64,000 bases of DNA from the human T2T-CHM13v2.0 reference genome, Homo sapiens: assembly GCF_009914755.1 (NCBI RefSeq), contig NC_060940.1. One strand, 5' to 3'. Positions 1 to 22,900 of this stretch are shown here, piece by piece. The notes beneath the pieces were generated by a model that worked only from the letters and a program-made list of their open reading frames with translations, was not told the DNA's origin and did no database searches. The translations under genes and the position numbers were made by a program. Each line of letters starts with the position of its first letter. Positions within the stretch are counted from its first letter, which is position 1.

Positions 1-528
1 TTTTAGTAGAGATGGGGTTTTACTATGTTGACCAGGCTGGTCTCGAACTCCTGACCATAGGTGATCCGCCCACCGTGGCCTCCCAAAGTGCTGGGATTAA
101 GGCATGGGCTACCATACCCAGTCCAGTTTACCCCTCTTTAAATAGAGTGAATGATATTACTAATCATAGAGTCACCATGAGACATAAAGATCATTCATTC
201 GAGCAAGGCACAGTGGTGCACACTTGTAGTCCAAGCTACTCAGGAGGCTGAGGTGGGAGGATTGCTTGAGCCCAGAAATTCAAGTTCAGCATGGGCAACT
301 TAGTGAGATTCCCCATATCTCTCTCAGAAAAAGAGACCACTTATTCATTCATTCATTTATCCAGCAAATATTTGTTTCTGTCTTTCATGAATCAGGAGCC
401 TGTCTAGAGATAAACATTAAAAAATTAGGGAATCATTTAGCAAATTGGAAGAATGTAGGTGCTATAGGGAAAAAGCAGAGAATGGGGAAGAGGTGAATCT
501 TAGATAGCAGTTGAAGATACTCAGTTTA

Positions 529-1530
<1,002 letters not shown>

Positions 1531-1809
1531 TCCCTCAGAGGCAGAATGGGAAACAGCAAGTGGTAATTTTATAAAAGGACACTTCTGCAAAGCCCTGAAG
1601 GGGGCGAGGGAGTGAGGAAGTTGTGAGGTGTGGGCACAGAAAGTGCAAATGCCCCAGGGCAGGAATGTGCTGATGGTTTGAGGGTGAGGATGGAAGGCGG
1701 TATGGCAAGAGCGGAGTGAGGGATAGAGTTTGCCGGAGTGAGGGATAGAGTTTGCCGGAAGGACCTTGGCTGGGCGAGGTCAAGTTTAGCTGTTGAAAAC
1801 CATCCACTC

Positions 1810-2119
<310 letters not shown>

Positions 2120-2259
2120 TCATGTTTGTTGGGTGCCAGTTTTGTCCCAGGCACTGTGCTGGGTGTTAGGGACAGTTCAGGGCTCCAAGAACTCAGCCTT
2201 GCATTTGGGGGCAGTTGGGAGCTTGCAGATGGGCTTTCTGGGGAGTCCATGGGTCATAT

Positions 2260-2874
2260 TGATACAGAATGGCTGGGGCCCCAGCTAAGCCCCACTCTCA
2301 AGCCTGGAACCTCAGCCCTAAGTGAAAACAGCTGACCCTATTTTTCACCCAAATGATTGCCTTTTTGGCCTGCCACACCCCTATCCTGTGCCCATAAAAA
2401 GACTTCAGCTGGTAGAGCAACAGGAGCGGCTGATGCAAGTGGTTGGGGATGTGGGCTGCTGAGCCTCAGGGATCCATGCGGCTGAGCGTTGGGGATACAA
2501 GCTGCTGAGGCTCGGGGATCCATGCGGCTGAGCGTCGGAGACTGTGGATAGATGTGGCTAACTTCAGGCGGTGCAGCTTCTGGGAAGGATCACCTTCTTC
2601 CCATACCATCCCCTTTCCAATTCCCCATCCCGCTCAGAGCCACTTTTATTGTCCAATAAAGTCTTCCACATACACTACCCTTCAAACAGTTCATGTGACC
2701 TGATTCTTCCTGGATGCCGAACAAGAACTCGGGTGTCAAAAAGGGCAGGTGCAGGAGGCTGTCACCCTGACCCTTTGCTGAGCTGTTAACACTTAGGCCA
2801 TCACTTCAGGCTGAGTGAAACGAGTCACTTCAGTTCCTTCCTATGAAGGGGGTCAAGGGAACTATCCTGTCTCA
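2260..2874 (+). mobile_element. ERV1 solo LTR (LTR27/LTR28-like)
   Basis: TG...CA ends; CCCCACTCTCAAGCCTGGAACC, CCTATCCTGTGCCCATAAAA, AATAAA near 2655; internal tandem GCGGCTGAGCG units at 2458-2543. Confidence 0.75.
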
Positions 2875-3303
2875 AAACCAGGGTGTACTTCGTGATGAGA
2901 AACTGATGCTCTGAAGCAGAACAAATACACCCTTTCAACATCTCGTGGCTTATTTATTAGAAATGACTTTTAGGGTTTTTTTTTTCCCCCTAGGAGTAAT
3001 TGATGTCCTTTGAGTCTGGGTCTCTTCTCCTCCTGTCCCCGCTGGCAGCAGAACTGGGTTCATTTTCCTTTTCCTGCAGCGCTCCAGGAAGAGCTGCCAG
3101 CCTTTGGGATGGATACAGATAATATATTCTTTTGAAGCACAGGCATTTTTATTGTTATTCAAATCTTTAAAATGTTAGTCTATTGAATTTGGAACTTGGA
3201 TCAGATGGGGCCCCGGGACCAGTTCTTTTCTTTTCTCCTCCCCTCTCTCCCTTCCTGTTCCCCAAGTCGAGTTTTCCCTTCTATTAGCCTCACCAGATGC
3301 CAG

Positions 3304-3426
<123 letters not shown>

Positions 3427-3453
3427 TTTTCTGTTTCTGATCTCTGTCTATTT

Positions 3454-3664
3454 CAGTGTCAACTTCAGCAGTGTTGATATTTGGGGGCTTTGTTGTGTGT
3501 GGGGAGCTATCCTGTGCACTGTAGATGTTCAGCGGCTTCCCTGGCCTCCACTCACTAGATGCCAGGAGCACCCCTTCCACCTCCAAGTTGTGAGCCCCTC
3601 TCCCAAGTGTCTCTAGACATTGCTGAGGGAGCCCTGGGAGGCACAGTCGCTCCCAGCTGAGAAG
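3454..3664. mobile_element. MER20 (hAT-Charlie) fossil
   Basis: CCTGTGCACTGTAGATGTT..CCCTGGCCTC..CACTAGATGCCAG..GTTGTGA..AGACATTGC matches the MER20 consensus. Confidence 0.8.
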
Positions 3665-4539
3665 GAGTCTGTTCTCTTCTGCATCTCCCGTTAGCTTTGT
3701 CCCTGGTGATCATAAGCCAGTAACTGGGGACTGAACTGTCCTCGAGGCTGGGAACTCAAGGCCACACTGCATCACCCCACCTTTCTCTGATTCGGGGCAG
3801 CCTCCTCAGCTCCTCCAGGCCAATCTGGGGGATGGAACTCTGATCTGGCAAAGAGTGGGAATGAAGAGAGGGACCAGAAAGAGCTTTCTGCTAAGTGCTC
3901 CCGTTGTGGGCCCTGGAGCATGCACAGTGATCCGGGCCTGGTTAAAACTGGAGCTACAAGACCAGGCATGATGGTTCACATCTGTAATCCCAGCACCCTT
4001 GGAAGCAGACGAAGGCACATTGCTTGAGCCCAGAGTTTGAGACCAGCCTGGGCAACGAGGAGAAACCCCATCTCTATGAAAAATGTAAAAACTGGCGGGG
4101 CATGATGGCGCCTGCCTGTGGTCCCAGCACTTGGGAGGCTGAGGTGGGGGCATCGAGGCTGCAGTGAGCTGTGATTGCGCCACTGCACTCCAGCCTGAGC
4201 GACAGAGCGAGCCTCTGTCTGAGAAAACCAACAAAAACCATCTGGAGCTTCCTGGGCTCACCTCCAGCCTCTGGTGATCCATTTGAGGCCATTGTTTTGG
4301 GCTTTGAAAACATTCAAGTGATAGTGTTGTGTGTCCCATGTCCAGGATTCCAAAATGTGCCTCAGTAGGTGACTGTCCACTCTGCATGGGCTGCCTGCCT
4401 GTCGCTCTCAGGACCCTGCCTTTGCGAATGTCCATTCCATAAGGGCCGAGGGTCTCCTGAGTTTTTATGGCTTGGGCTCTGGCCTGTACCCTACTCAGTT
4501 ATTTGGGACCAATCACATATAAATTCTAAGCTATTAGGC

Positions 4540-6419
<1,880 letters not shown>

Positions 6420-6717
6420 AGGCGAGCAGTGCTGCCCTAGAAACCCTCGTCCCTCTGTCCCACGTGTGGGCAGACTCGCTATCCCGGACACCGCACACAA
6501 CACTCCCTCCCTGCAGACGCCTCTCCGCAGCGTGCTCACCTCCCTCTCCCTGAATTGCCACGTGTGGCCCTGCCTGCCTTCCCCAAGTGAGCTGTGAAGT
6601 GGCTGCTCTGATGTCCCTCAGCCCTGAAGGTCTCAGATGTCAAGCCCTTCTTTCGGGATGGTGGTGGGGGGGCGCCCACAGTGTGTGTTGAAGGCGGCAG
6701 AATGGCAGAATGGAAAT

Positions 6718-7467
<750 letters not shown>

Positions 7468-8069
7468 TGATCTGCCCCCCTCCCCCCGCCGCCTCCGAAA
7501 GTGCTGGGATTACAGGCATGAGCCACCACACCTGGCCTGGGATCATTTTTTAACACTTCCTCTTCTTTTTAAAACATATATAATTTCCATAATGTACAAT
7601 TCACTTCACTCATTTAAAGTGTACAATTTTTTGGCATATTTCATTATTAAAACATTTGTGGCAAAATACATATAACATTAAATTCACCATTTTGGCCATT
7701 TTCAAGTGTACACATCAGTGGCATTAATTACATTAACCTCTCCTCTTCTATATGACAAAATTATCTTCCGTAGTAGTCTTATAATAGTAAAAATAACTAT
7801 TTTATTGTTCTTTAGCTTTAAAACAAATGATTAACAACGGAAAGAGAAGATATTTCAATTTTTTAAATTTTTCTTGAGACAGGTTTTTACTCTGTTGCCC
7901 AGGCTGGAGTTCAGCGTCACAATCTCAGCTCACTGCAGCCTTGACCTCCCGGGCTCAAGCCATCCTCCCACCTCAGCCTCCTGAGTAACTGGGACTACAG
8001 ACATGCACCACCACACCCAGTTTGAGATGTTGTTGGATAATCTGTAATTAGATAGCAGAAAACAATTAG

Positions 8070-8198
<129 letters not shown>

Positions 8199-8685
8199 TG
8201 AGTAGCTGGGATTACAGTTGCCCACCACCATGCCTGGCTAATTTTTGTATTTTTAGTAGAGACGGGGGTTTCACCATGTTGGCCAGGCTGGTCTCAAACT
8301 CCTGACCTCAAGTGATCCACCCGCCTCAGCTTCCCAAAGTGCTGGGATTACAGGCATGAGCCACCGTGCCTGGGCAAAAATTAGAAAAAAAAATTTTTTT
8401 AAATGTTATTTGAATTCAATAAAATATTTCATGTGTGAACTAAAATCTGCACTCACCAGACAAAAATGGCACACCTCCCAGGTTCTGCTGCCATGCTGTT
8501 CTAACCTGTACACACGTATACAAATTCCAGGTTTTTACTTGCAGACAGGATATCAGAATGAAAGCCACTGAAGTTCCAGTTCTTTGCCATTGGGCTCTCC
8601 TTGTTTACATTGCATCTACTGTTGCAGCTCAGGGATACAAACTGCTGCAGGTAGTTGGAGCCCCGAGGAGACAGAGCAGCAATAA

Positions 8686-8991
<306 letters not shown>

Positions 8992-9101
8992 TAGAGATGG
9001 GCTGTCACCATGTTGGCCAGGCTGGTCTCTACATCCTGGGTTCCAGCAATCCTGCAGCCTCCATCTCCCAATATGCTGGGATTACAGAGGTGAGTCACTG
9101 A

Positions 9102-9455
<354 letters not shown>

Positions 9456-10396
9456 TAGCTACTTTTTTTTTTTTTTTTGGTACAGTTGGGGTCTCGCCTT
9501 GTTGCCCAGGCTGATCTCAAACTCCTGGGCTCAATCAGTCCTCTTATCTCAACCTGCCAGAGTGCTGTGATTACAGGCATGAGCTACCATTTCTGGTCTT
9601 TACCCTTTTTATAGATAATGTGGCCCCTTATTGTCTGCACCAGGCGGTCTACTCCCACCACCCCAGTAGGCTGGAGGAGGACTAGCATTGATGTGCACCA
9701 TGCAGAATGGACAGTTGCTACAGAATTCATGCCTGTATTATGATTAACATGGGCCCATGCTGCCTATTTAGGAATTTCTGCATTTCTAGTCTTGTGTGTG
9801 GTCCTCATTCAAGCATAAATTAGCGTGTCCCCTCTAAAAAGACCCTTCTCCAACAGGACAAGAATATGGAATTTTCGACAGTTGAGCCTGCTGCTATTTT
9901 TCGATGTAATTTGCTGGGGAAGAAAGAGTAGCCCACATGGCTCTGAGTCTTCTGCTCGGGGGATATCAGCAGAAGCGCCAGTCAGATCCCCTTTTTATTA
10001 AAATCCTCAAAGTAAATTCCACCGACGAAGTGTCCACACATTACAGAGAGTATCGGAACAGCCAGGCATTTAAAGATGGGCTGGAGGTGGCGCCGGAAGT
10101 AGAAGTTTGGAGTTTTAGCTCTGCCCCGGATAATACTGGATGAAATCCCAGCAGAGTCCTTCCTGCCTGGCCCCACCTCCCTCTGCTCACCCCTCCCAGG
10201 GAGCCCTACAGCCCGCTTGCTGTGAGCTAGAATCAGATCTGTGCTAGGTTTCCTTCTATCCGTAGCACACCCTGCGGGCTGGACGCTTGCACCCCATTTC
10301 GGGGTGAGGAGCTCACAAAGGTTAAGTGAGCAAGTATCTGCGTCTCTAGTGCAAATCTTCCCACTCCTAAGTCCTTCTAGGGCACCCCATGCTTGA

Positions 10397-11243
10397 ATTG
10401 TGCGTGTGCACGTGTGTATATGTGTATTTGTGTATGTATGTGTATTTGTGTGTATGTGTTTATGTGTGTGTGTATGTGTGTGTTTTTGTGTATGTGTATT
10501 TGTGTACGTGTGTATATGTGCATATTTGTGTGTATGTATGTGTATGTGTTTGTGTGTGTGTATTTGTATGTGTATTTGTGTGTATTTGTACGTATATGCG
10601 TGTGTATGTGTATTTGTGTGTATATGTATGTGTGTATTTGTGTGTGTATATGTGTGTATATGTGTGTGTACATGTGTGTGTATGTATGTATTTGTACGTG
10701 TATTTGGGTGTGTGTATGTGTGTGTATGTGTATTTGTATGTATGTGTGTATGTGTGTGTATTTGTGTGCACATATGTGTATTTGGGTGTGTGTATGTGTG
10801 TATGTGTATTTGTGTGTATATGTATGTGTATGTGTATTTGGGTGTGTGTGTATTTGTGTGTACATGTATGTGTATGTGTATTTGGGTGTGTGTATGTGTG
10901 TATGTGTATTTGTGTGTATATGTATGTGTATTTGGGTGTGTGTCTACGTGTGTGTATATTTGTGTGTGTTTGTGTGTATGTGTATTTGGGTGTATGTGTA
11001 TTCGGGGTATGTGTGTATTTGGGTGTGTATGTGTGTACGTGTGTATATGTGCGTGTGTATGTGTGTATTTGTGTGTATGTATATGTGTGTATGTGTGTTT
11101 GTGTGTATTTGTATGTATAAGTGTGTGTGCATATGTATGTATATGTACTTGTGTGTATATGTGTGTGTATTTGTGTGTGTGTATGTGTATTTGTGTGTGT
11201 ATATGTATGTGTGCGTGTGTGCTTGTGTGTGTGAGAGTGAGAG
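10397..11243. repeat. ~850-bp degenerate (TG)/(TGTA) simple repeat
   Basis: Almost C-free tract of TGTATTTGTG / TGTATTTGGGTG units; source of the long CVCVY and HTHT ORFs. Confidence 0.97.
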
Positions 11244-11377
11244 TTCCTAGTACCTCTCACACGACCCCCCGCCATGGCCAGTTTCCCAGGTTTGTTTTCT
11301 ACTCCTTGATTGTCGGTTGTTGGCTTTGTTTGGTCTCTTTGGGGTCCTCCTCTCACTGCACCCCACTCCTGGGCCCT

Positions 11378-11727
11378 GTTTGAGCTTCCTGAGTCTGCCA
11401 TAAGAAATGACCACAGCCTGGGTGCCTGCATCAGTAGGACCACAGGGTTGGTTCCTTCTGGTGGCCCTGACTCTGTCCTAGACTCCAGGGCCCCCAGCAA
11501 CCCTGGGTGCTCCCCGACTTGTGGCTGCATCACTCCAGTCTCTGCCTCCATTGTCACGTGGCGTTCTTGTGTGTCCCTGTCCACATTTCTCTCTTCTTAG
11601 AGGTCATTGGAGTGAACGGCTCACCCTAATCCTGTATGACCTTTTTAAACGTTAACTAAAGACATCTGCAAAGACTCTTTCCGAATAAGGGCCTATTCTG
11701 AGGTTCTAGGTGGACATGAATTTTGGT
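11378..11727 (-). mobile_element. MLT1-family MaLR LTR
   Basis: CTTGTGGCTGCATCACTCCAGTCTCTGCCTCC...CATCTGCAAAGAC..TATTCTGAGGTTCT. Confidence 0.7.
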
Positions 11728-12714
11728 ACATGCGCCCACCCATCCCGATTCTCATCCCAAAACCTCTTGGTAACCCTCTGCAGGCAAAGGGCCCAATGAG
11801 ACACCCTCCAGAGCGCCAGGGCAGTGTAGCCAGGGGGCCGTCTAAATCGAATGGCGCACAGAACCAGAGGGCGGGGGGACGTGGCCATCCACCGGGAGAG
11901 GGGATGAAAAGGGAGCGGCCGGATGGGTGCGGGTGAAGCGCCCAGGGCTAGGATGCAAACCCAGCGAGGGAGCTGGAGACAATTTTTCCTGTGGCTTCTG
12001 CTTGTGATGCAGGAGGAGGGGGTGCGATGAGCTCAGAGACAGCTGGGCAGGATGCGATGCCGGGAACATTCTCCAAGAGTGGGTAGCTCTCTGCTCAGAT
12101 CTGCATTTGGGGTCGTGGGAGAAGTGCCGCGCTAGCTACTGCGGTGGTTTTCAACCGCACACCCAGACGCCTTACATCAGAATCGCCGAGGGTGGGGCTC
12201 AGGCCCCGGGACTTCAAAATCTCTGCAGGTGGTTGTGTTGTGCAGTGGAAGACTGAGGATTTCTGAGCCCGCTTCCCCGCAGGACAGGCACGTTTCCCTG
12301 GAGAGGGTGACCAGGGTAGGCTCTGCAGACAAGCAACCTTGAATAGCCCTTTCTCAAGACGAATATTCACCTCCACACAGCTCAGGGCAGGGGCTTGGGG
12401 TTGCAGGGGCAGTAACTCATAGAGTACATAGGGGGCATGGGTGGAGGGGGGTCGCTGCTGAAATACTGTCCTCGGGACCTGTCCCTGACAGCCCTGTTTC
12501 TCTCCGATTACCCCAGTGACTGCAGCGATAAATCCTGTTCACAGGATCTGGGTGCCTGACAGACTGGAGGGATCCGTCACAGCTACGCTGTCCTGCCCCA
12601 GCCGTTAGCAGCCTCCTCTCTCAGTGGGCTCCACACCTGTTTCTCCCTCTGGCATGTCCCCCCTTCCTTCAGATGAACCCCGTGGGAGAGGTGACATTGC
12701 TTGCCCTAACACAC

Positions 12715-13392
<678 letters not shown>

Positions 13393-13680
13393 AGCAAAGC
13401 AATAGACATGCCGGGTGCGGTGGCTCATGCCTGTAATCCCAGTGCTTTAGGAAGTCAATTTGGGAGGATGGCTTGAGCCCAGGAGTTTGAGGCAGCAGTG
13501 AGCTATGATCATGCCACTGCACTCCAGCCTGGGTGACAACAGCGAGACCCTGTCTCAAACAAAAGAAAACAAAACAACAACAAAAACACACAAAATAACA
13601 AACCAATAGACAGTCCCACTCTGCCCCTGGGGATTTTTGATTTAGCACCCATCCAAGTGATCATTTGCAAACTTTCTTTC

Positions 13681-14263
<583 letters not shown>

Positions 14264-14518
14264 TGCAAACTTTATTTCTTAAGCCACGGAGCCCTCTTTT
14301 TTTTTTTTTAGACTTGCTCTGCTGCCCAGGCTGGAGTGCAGTGGTGCGATCTCAGCTTACTGCAACCTTCTCTTCCCGGGTGCAAGACAATCTCCTGCCT
14401 CAGCCTCCTGAGTAGTTGGGATTACAGGCACCTGCCATCATGCCTGGCTAATTTTTGTATTTTTGTAGAGGTGGGGTTTCACCATGTTGGCCAGGCTGCT
14501 CTTGAACTCCTGACCTCA

Positions 14519-14611
<93 letters not shown>

Positions 14612-15327
14612 TTATCTGACAGGTCAATGAATGGAACAGATAAAAGCAGGCTTGTTCTGATGGATTGAAGTGGTGGGAGGGGCTGTGTGGCTTCACAAGT
14701 TGACATCCTTATTCTATTCTCCCCTCACCTCCTTCGGCCCCTGTGCTTTCCACAGGGGACAGTTTAAAACCCACTGTAGCAGAGTTTTATACCAATTTTG
14801 CAGAACTGTCAGTCTGGGGCTGGCTGGAGTAATCCCCGCAGGAAAATGTGAAGCCTGTTACCTCACTTCATTGAGCACACCCTTCCTTCCCTCGTGGTAT
14901 CATGATTATGTTTCAGGCTTTTATTGTTACAGAGATAATCAGTCTGAGGGATTGATTCCCAATCAATGTTAGGAGAAACAGTCTAGGATACAATACGGGA
15001 TTTGCAGTCAGACACCGGAGCTCAAGTCTGTCCTCCCTCATTCACTAGCTGAGCGCCCTGGGCAAGTCACCTGACCTCCATTAGCCACAGGTGAATCATC
15101 TGTAAAATGGAAACATACTAAGATTTTGAGCAGGGAGGCAGCTTCGGGTAATCGAATAAACATGAGTTTTGGAGTCAGACAGACTTGAGTTTGACCTCAA
15201 CCCTGCTGCCTCTTGGCTCTGTGGCCTTGACCTTCCATCTTCTCACCTGTAACTTGTGGGTAATAAGGGCACCTGGAAGGTTGCCTTGGGGATTAGCAAG
15301 GTCATGTGTGCAAAGCACCTTGCATAG

Positions 15328-15888
<561 letters not shown>

Positions 15889-16705
15889 TAAGTGGTCCTC
15901 CTACCGCAGCTTCTGGAGTAGCTGGGACCACAGTTATGTGCCACCGTGCCTGGCTAATTTTTGTATTGTTGCTAGAGACAGGATTTCAGATTTCACCATG
16001 TTGCCCCAGCTGGTCTCGAACTCCTGAGCTCAAGTGATCTTCCAGCCTCAGCCTCCCAAAGTACAAGGATTCCAGGCATGGTGCCCAGCCTCTTTTTTTT
16101 TTTTTTTTTTTTGTAAGAGACAGGGTCTCGCTCTGTTGCCCAGGCTGGAGTGGTGCAATCATAGCTTACTGCAGCCTCGAACTCCTGGGCTCAATCAATC
16201 CTCCTGCCTCAGTCTCTCAAGTAGCTGAGACTACAGGTTTATGCCACCATGCCTGGCTAATTAAAAGAAACAATTCTTTTTTTGTAGAGGCAGGGTCTCA
16301 CTTTGTTGTCCAGGCTGATCTCAAACTGCTGGGCTCAAGCAATTCTCCTGCCTCAGCCTCCCGAGTAGCTGGGACCACAGGCATGCACCACCACCCACAG
16401 CCCAGTTGTCTATTTTTTTATTTTTTATTTTTTATTTCAGATAGAGTTTCGCTCTTGTTGCCCAGGCTGGAGTGCAATGGTGCGATCTCGTCTTACAGCA
16501 ACCTCCGTCTTCCTGGTTCAAGCGATTCTCCTGCCTCAGCCTACTGAGTAGCTGGGATTACAGGCCGGCTCCACCATGCCTGGCTAATTTGGTATTTTTA
16601 GTAGAGATGGGGTTTCTCCATGTTGGTCAGGCTGGTCTTGAACTCCCGACCTCGGCCTCCCAAAGTGTTGGGATTACTGGTGTGAGCCACCATACCTGAC
16701 CCATA

Positions 16706-16865
16706 CATAAAGTTTTACTGGAATACAGCCACATTCATCATTGACATATCATCTACAGCTGCTTTCTAGATACAAGAGCAGAGTTGAGTCATTTGGACAG
16801 AGACTGCATGGCGCACGAAATGAAAAATATTCACTCTCCTTTTACAGAAGTATGCTGAACCCTGG
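16706..16865. mobile_element. MER58A fragment
   Basis: ATAAAGTTTTACTGGAATACAGCCAC...GCAGAGTTGAGT...TTTACAGAA. Confidence 0.7.
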
Positions 16866-16869
16866 TCTA

Positions 16870-17085
<216 letters not shown>

Positions 17086-18059
17086 TCACGTGTTACAGAA
17101 TATTATTCTTTTTTGGGGGGGGAGACAAGATCTCACTCTGTGGCCCAGGCTGGAGTACCAGTGGCACCATCATAGCAGCCTCCACCTCCCATGCTCAAGC
17201 AAACTTCCCTCCTTGGCCTCCCTAGTAGTTGTGTCTACAGTTGAGTGCCATCACTCCTGGCTAATTTTTTCATTTTTTGTGGAGGTGGGGTCTTGCTATG
17301 TTGCCCAGGCTGGTCTTGAACTCCTGGACTCATACACAGCCAGACTCCTTGCAGCACCCAGGGAACATTTGGTGAACGACCGGGATACTGAAGGTCTCTC
17401 TCTCAGAAATACAATTGTGGGAATTAGTGGAGAATATGAATGTGAATGGGCAGGCATAGTGCAGATACTGAAGGTAGTTTTGGAAAGGCTGGCTCATCTT
17501 CCAGGGGAACTTGCATCTTTCAAGAGGAGGCGGGGAGACTACGAGTCAGAGAGACCGGAGACTTTGAAGTTCCTGCATTCCCAGCTGCGTTCACTTCTCA
17601 GCCATTACCAATTCAGCCAGCAGGGAGCAGCAGGGGATCGCCGTCCTCGGGGAGTCTCAGGACCCAGGTAGCCTCGCCTGCTGCCGCCCAGACAGGAGAC
17701 AGGAGATGCTGGGAGATGGCCCAGATGACCTCCGAGTGTCTTTGCTGCTGCTTAAATCCCTGTTCGTTTTTGCAGAGGAAGGTAGGGGGATGAGCCGCCT
17801 GGAGTCAGCCGGGGGCTCATATTCCCAGAAAGGGAGTGGCTTCCTTTCTCTCAGGAGATGGAAGAAAATGAAAACTCAGCCAGTGCTGCAGGTAGCTGTC
17901 ACCCTGGCGTTTCAGTGTGTTCTATTTATCCTTCTTTTTGGTTAGTACGTATGTGTTTATAGAGGGATTCATGGGGGCGGGGGCAAGCCAGGGCATTCTT
18001 TAATTCAACGCAGACTCATTAAGCACATTGGCAAATACCAGGCAGAAAGAAAATGGTCA

Positions 18060-18384
<325 letters not shown>

Positions 18385-19174
18385 CTAGGCTAGGACACTG
18401 AGAACCCACAAATGACACCCTCTTAGCCTTTAAAACCTCAAAGGAAGCCGAGAGGCGAGGCTGCCTGACTGCCTCTACGGCTGCCTACGTGGTCTTGGGT
18501 GGTGATAAACGTGGTCAGCTCCATGATGCTTAGTGTCCCTCTCTGCAAAACGGGGATGAAAGAAAAGATGACGCACAGGTCCACGTGAGGGTGGTGTTTC
18601 TAAAGCACGGTCCCCAGACCACCAACATCAGCGTCTTAGAAAGGCACACTGTGGGGTTGGGGGGCAAGCAACTGGCCCCTAACAAGCCCTCCAGTTGGGT
18701 CTCATGGATTATTATTAATATTTTTTGAGACAGGATCTTGCTTTGTTGCCTAGGCTGAAGTCCAGTGGCACAATGACAGCTCATGCAACCTCGACCTCCT
18801 GGGCTCAAGCCATCCTCCCGCCTCAGCCTCCTGAGTAGCTGGGACTGCAGGTGTGCACCACCACGCCTGCCTAATTTTTAATTTTTTTTTTTTTTTTTTA
18901 CAGATGGGGTCTTCCTATGTTGCACAGGCTGGTATTGAACTCCTGGGCTCAAGTGATCCTCCCAGCTCAGCCTCCCAAAGTGCTGGGATTACAGGCGTGA
19001 GCATCCGTGCCTGGCGAGGCTGATGCATTCTTAAGGGCAGGAACCACTGGTATCCTGTAGCTGTTTTCAGCATTGGTTGCACATTGGAGTCAACTGGCTT
19101 TTTAAAATCCCTAATGTGTGTGTGGCTGAGGGGCCACCCTAGACCAATTCCATCAGACTAATTACATGCTTTAG

Positions 19175-19633
<459 letters not shown>

Positions 19634-20270
19634 TAGCTGGGACTACAGGCATGCACCACCACGCCTGGGAAATTTTTATATTTTTATTAGAGACAGGGTT
19701 TCACCATGTTGGCCAGGCTGATTTCGAACTCCTGACCTCAGGTGATCCACCCGCCTCAGCCTCCCAAAGTGCTGGTATTACAGGCATGAGCCACCGTGCC
19801 CAGCTTGTTATTTTTAAAGTTCAATATAGTCATGATGATTCCAATATAGCCAAGGTCAAGGCCCAATGATATCATGGAAAATGATTTTGGGCTCAGCCAG
19901 ACCCTTAGTTCAAATCCCAGCTTTGACACTTACTGGTTGTTTGACCCTGGGCAAGGCACAGTACTTCTCTGACCCACAGTTTCTCTTCTGTAAAACCAGG
20001 ATAATCTTTCCTCCCTTGCGGATTTATTTATTAATAAATTGTTTAACGATGGAACTAGGAAAGTATTTGAGTGTCCCATGCATGGAAGCATCTGGAACAA
20101 TGCCTGGGACCTAGTGAGTGTTTAGCCCATGAAAGTTCCCCTTCCCTGCTCTCTGCTGTTGAACTGTGGGGTTTTCTAGAACAGGGACCACATCATATTT
20201 TTCTCTGCATCCTCAAGAAGCAATCAATTCCTTGTTTATACCACAGCCCTGGGGGAGAGCTGGGAAGTGA

Positions 20271-22020
<1,750 letters not shown>

Positions 22021-22042
22021 GGGAGATTGACTCATTTATTCA

Positions 22043-22150
<108 letters not shown>

Positions 22151-22320
22151 CTACAAAAATTACAAAGAATTAGCTGGATGTGGTGGTACATGCCTGTGGT
22201 TTCAGCTACTCGGGAGGTTGGGGTGGGAGGATCACTTGAGCCTGGGAGGTCGAGGCTGCAGTCAGCCATGGCACCACTGCACTGCACTTCAGTTTGGGTT
22301 ACAAGAACAAGACTTTGTTT

Positions 22321-22353
<33 letters not shown>

Positions 22354-22791
22354 TGGGGCGTGGTGGCTCACGCCTGTAATCCCAGCACTTTGGGAGGCTG
22401 AGGCCGAGGATCACTTGAGGTCAGGAGTTAGAAACCAGCCTGGCCGACATGGTGAAACTCCATCTCCACTGAAAATACAAAATTTAGTCGGGCTTGGTTG
22501 CAGGTGCCTGTAATCCCAGCTACTTGGGAGGCTGAGGCTCAAGAATTGCTTGAACCTAAGGGTGGAGGTTGCAGGGAGTGGAGATCGTGCCACTGCACTC
22601 CAGCCTGGGTGACAGAGCGAGATTCTGTCTCAAAAAAAAAAAAAAAAAGAAAGAAAGAAATTCATTTACTCATTTATATTTTGATCTCAGTAATATTCTT
22701 TGCTGTCCACTGTGCGCCAGGCACTGTTTTAGCCCTGGGGAAAAAACACAATCGACATAGACCAAGTCCCTGCCATCATGAAGCAAGAGTG

Positions 22792-22900
22792 TTGGTGACT
22801 GTCCTGGTTTGCCTGGGACCATTCTGGCTTCAGCAGTGCGGGTCCAGTGTCCCAGGCAGCTTCTCAGTCCCGGGCCAACAGGAGCAACCTGTCGTCCTAT
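22792..22900. mobile_element. MER81-like hAT-Blackjack MITE
   Basis: GGTGACTGTCCTGGTTTGCCTGGGAC...CTCAGTCCCGGGC...CCTA. Confidence 0.6.

Noticed and set aside
200-330. 7SL/SRP-RNA-like sequence
   Set aside because: A decayed free Alu monomer (FLAM/FAM type) lacking the 7SL S domain.
1712-1759. 22-bp perfect tandem duplication CGGAGTGAGGGATAGAGTTTGC
   Set aside because: Real, but a common slippage-type duplication with no sign of function.
2458-2543. Spaced direct repeats superficially like a CRISPR array
   Set aside because: Eukaryotic LTR-internal tandem repeats; no unique spacers and no cas genes.
9982-11584. Long ORFs of 243-374 aa (CVCVY / HTHT)
   Set aside because: They are translations of a TG-rich simple repeat that lacks stop codons; no protein-like composition.
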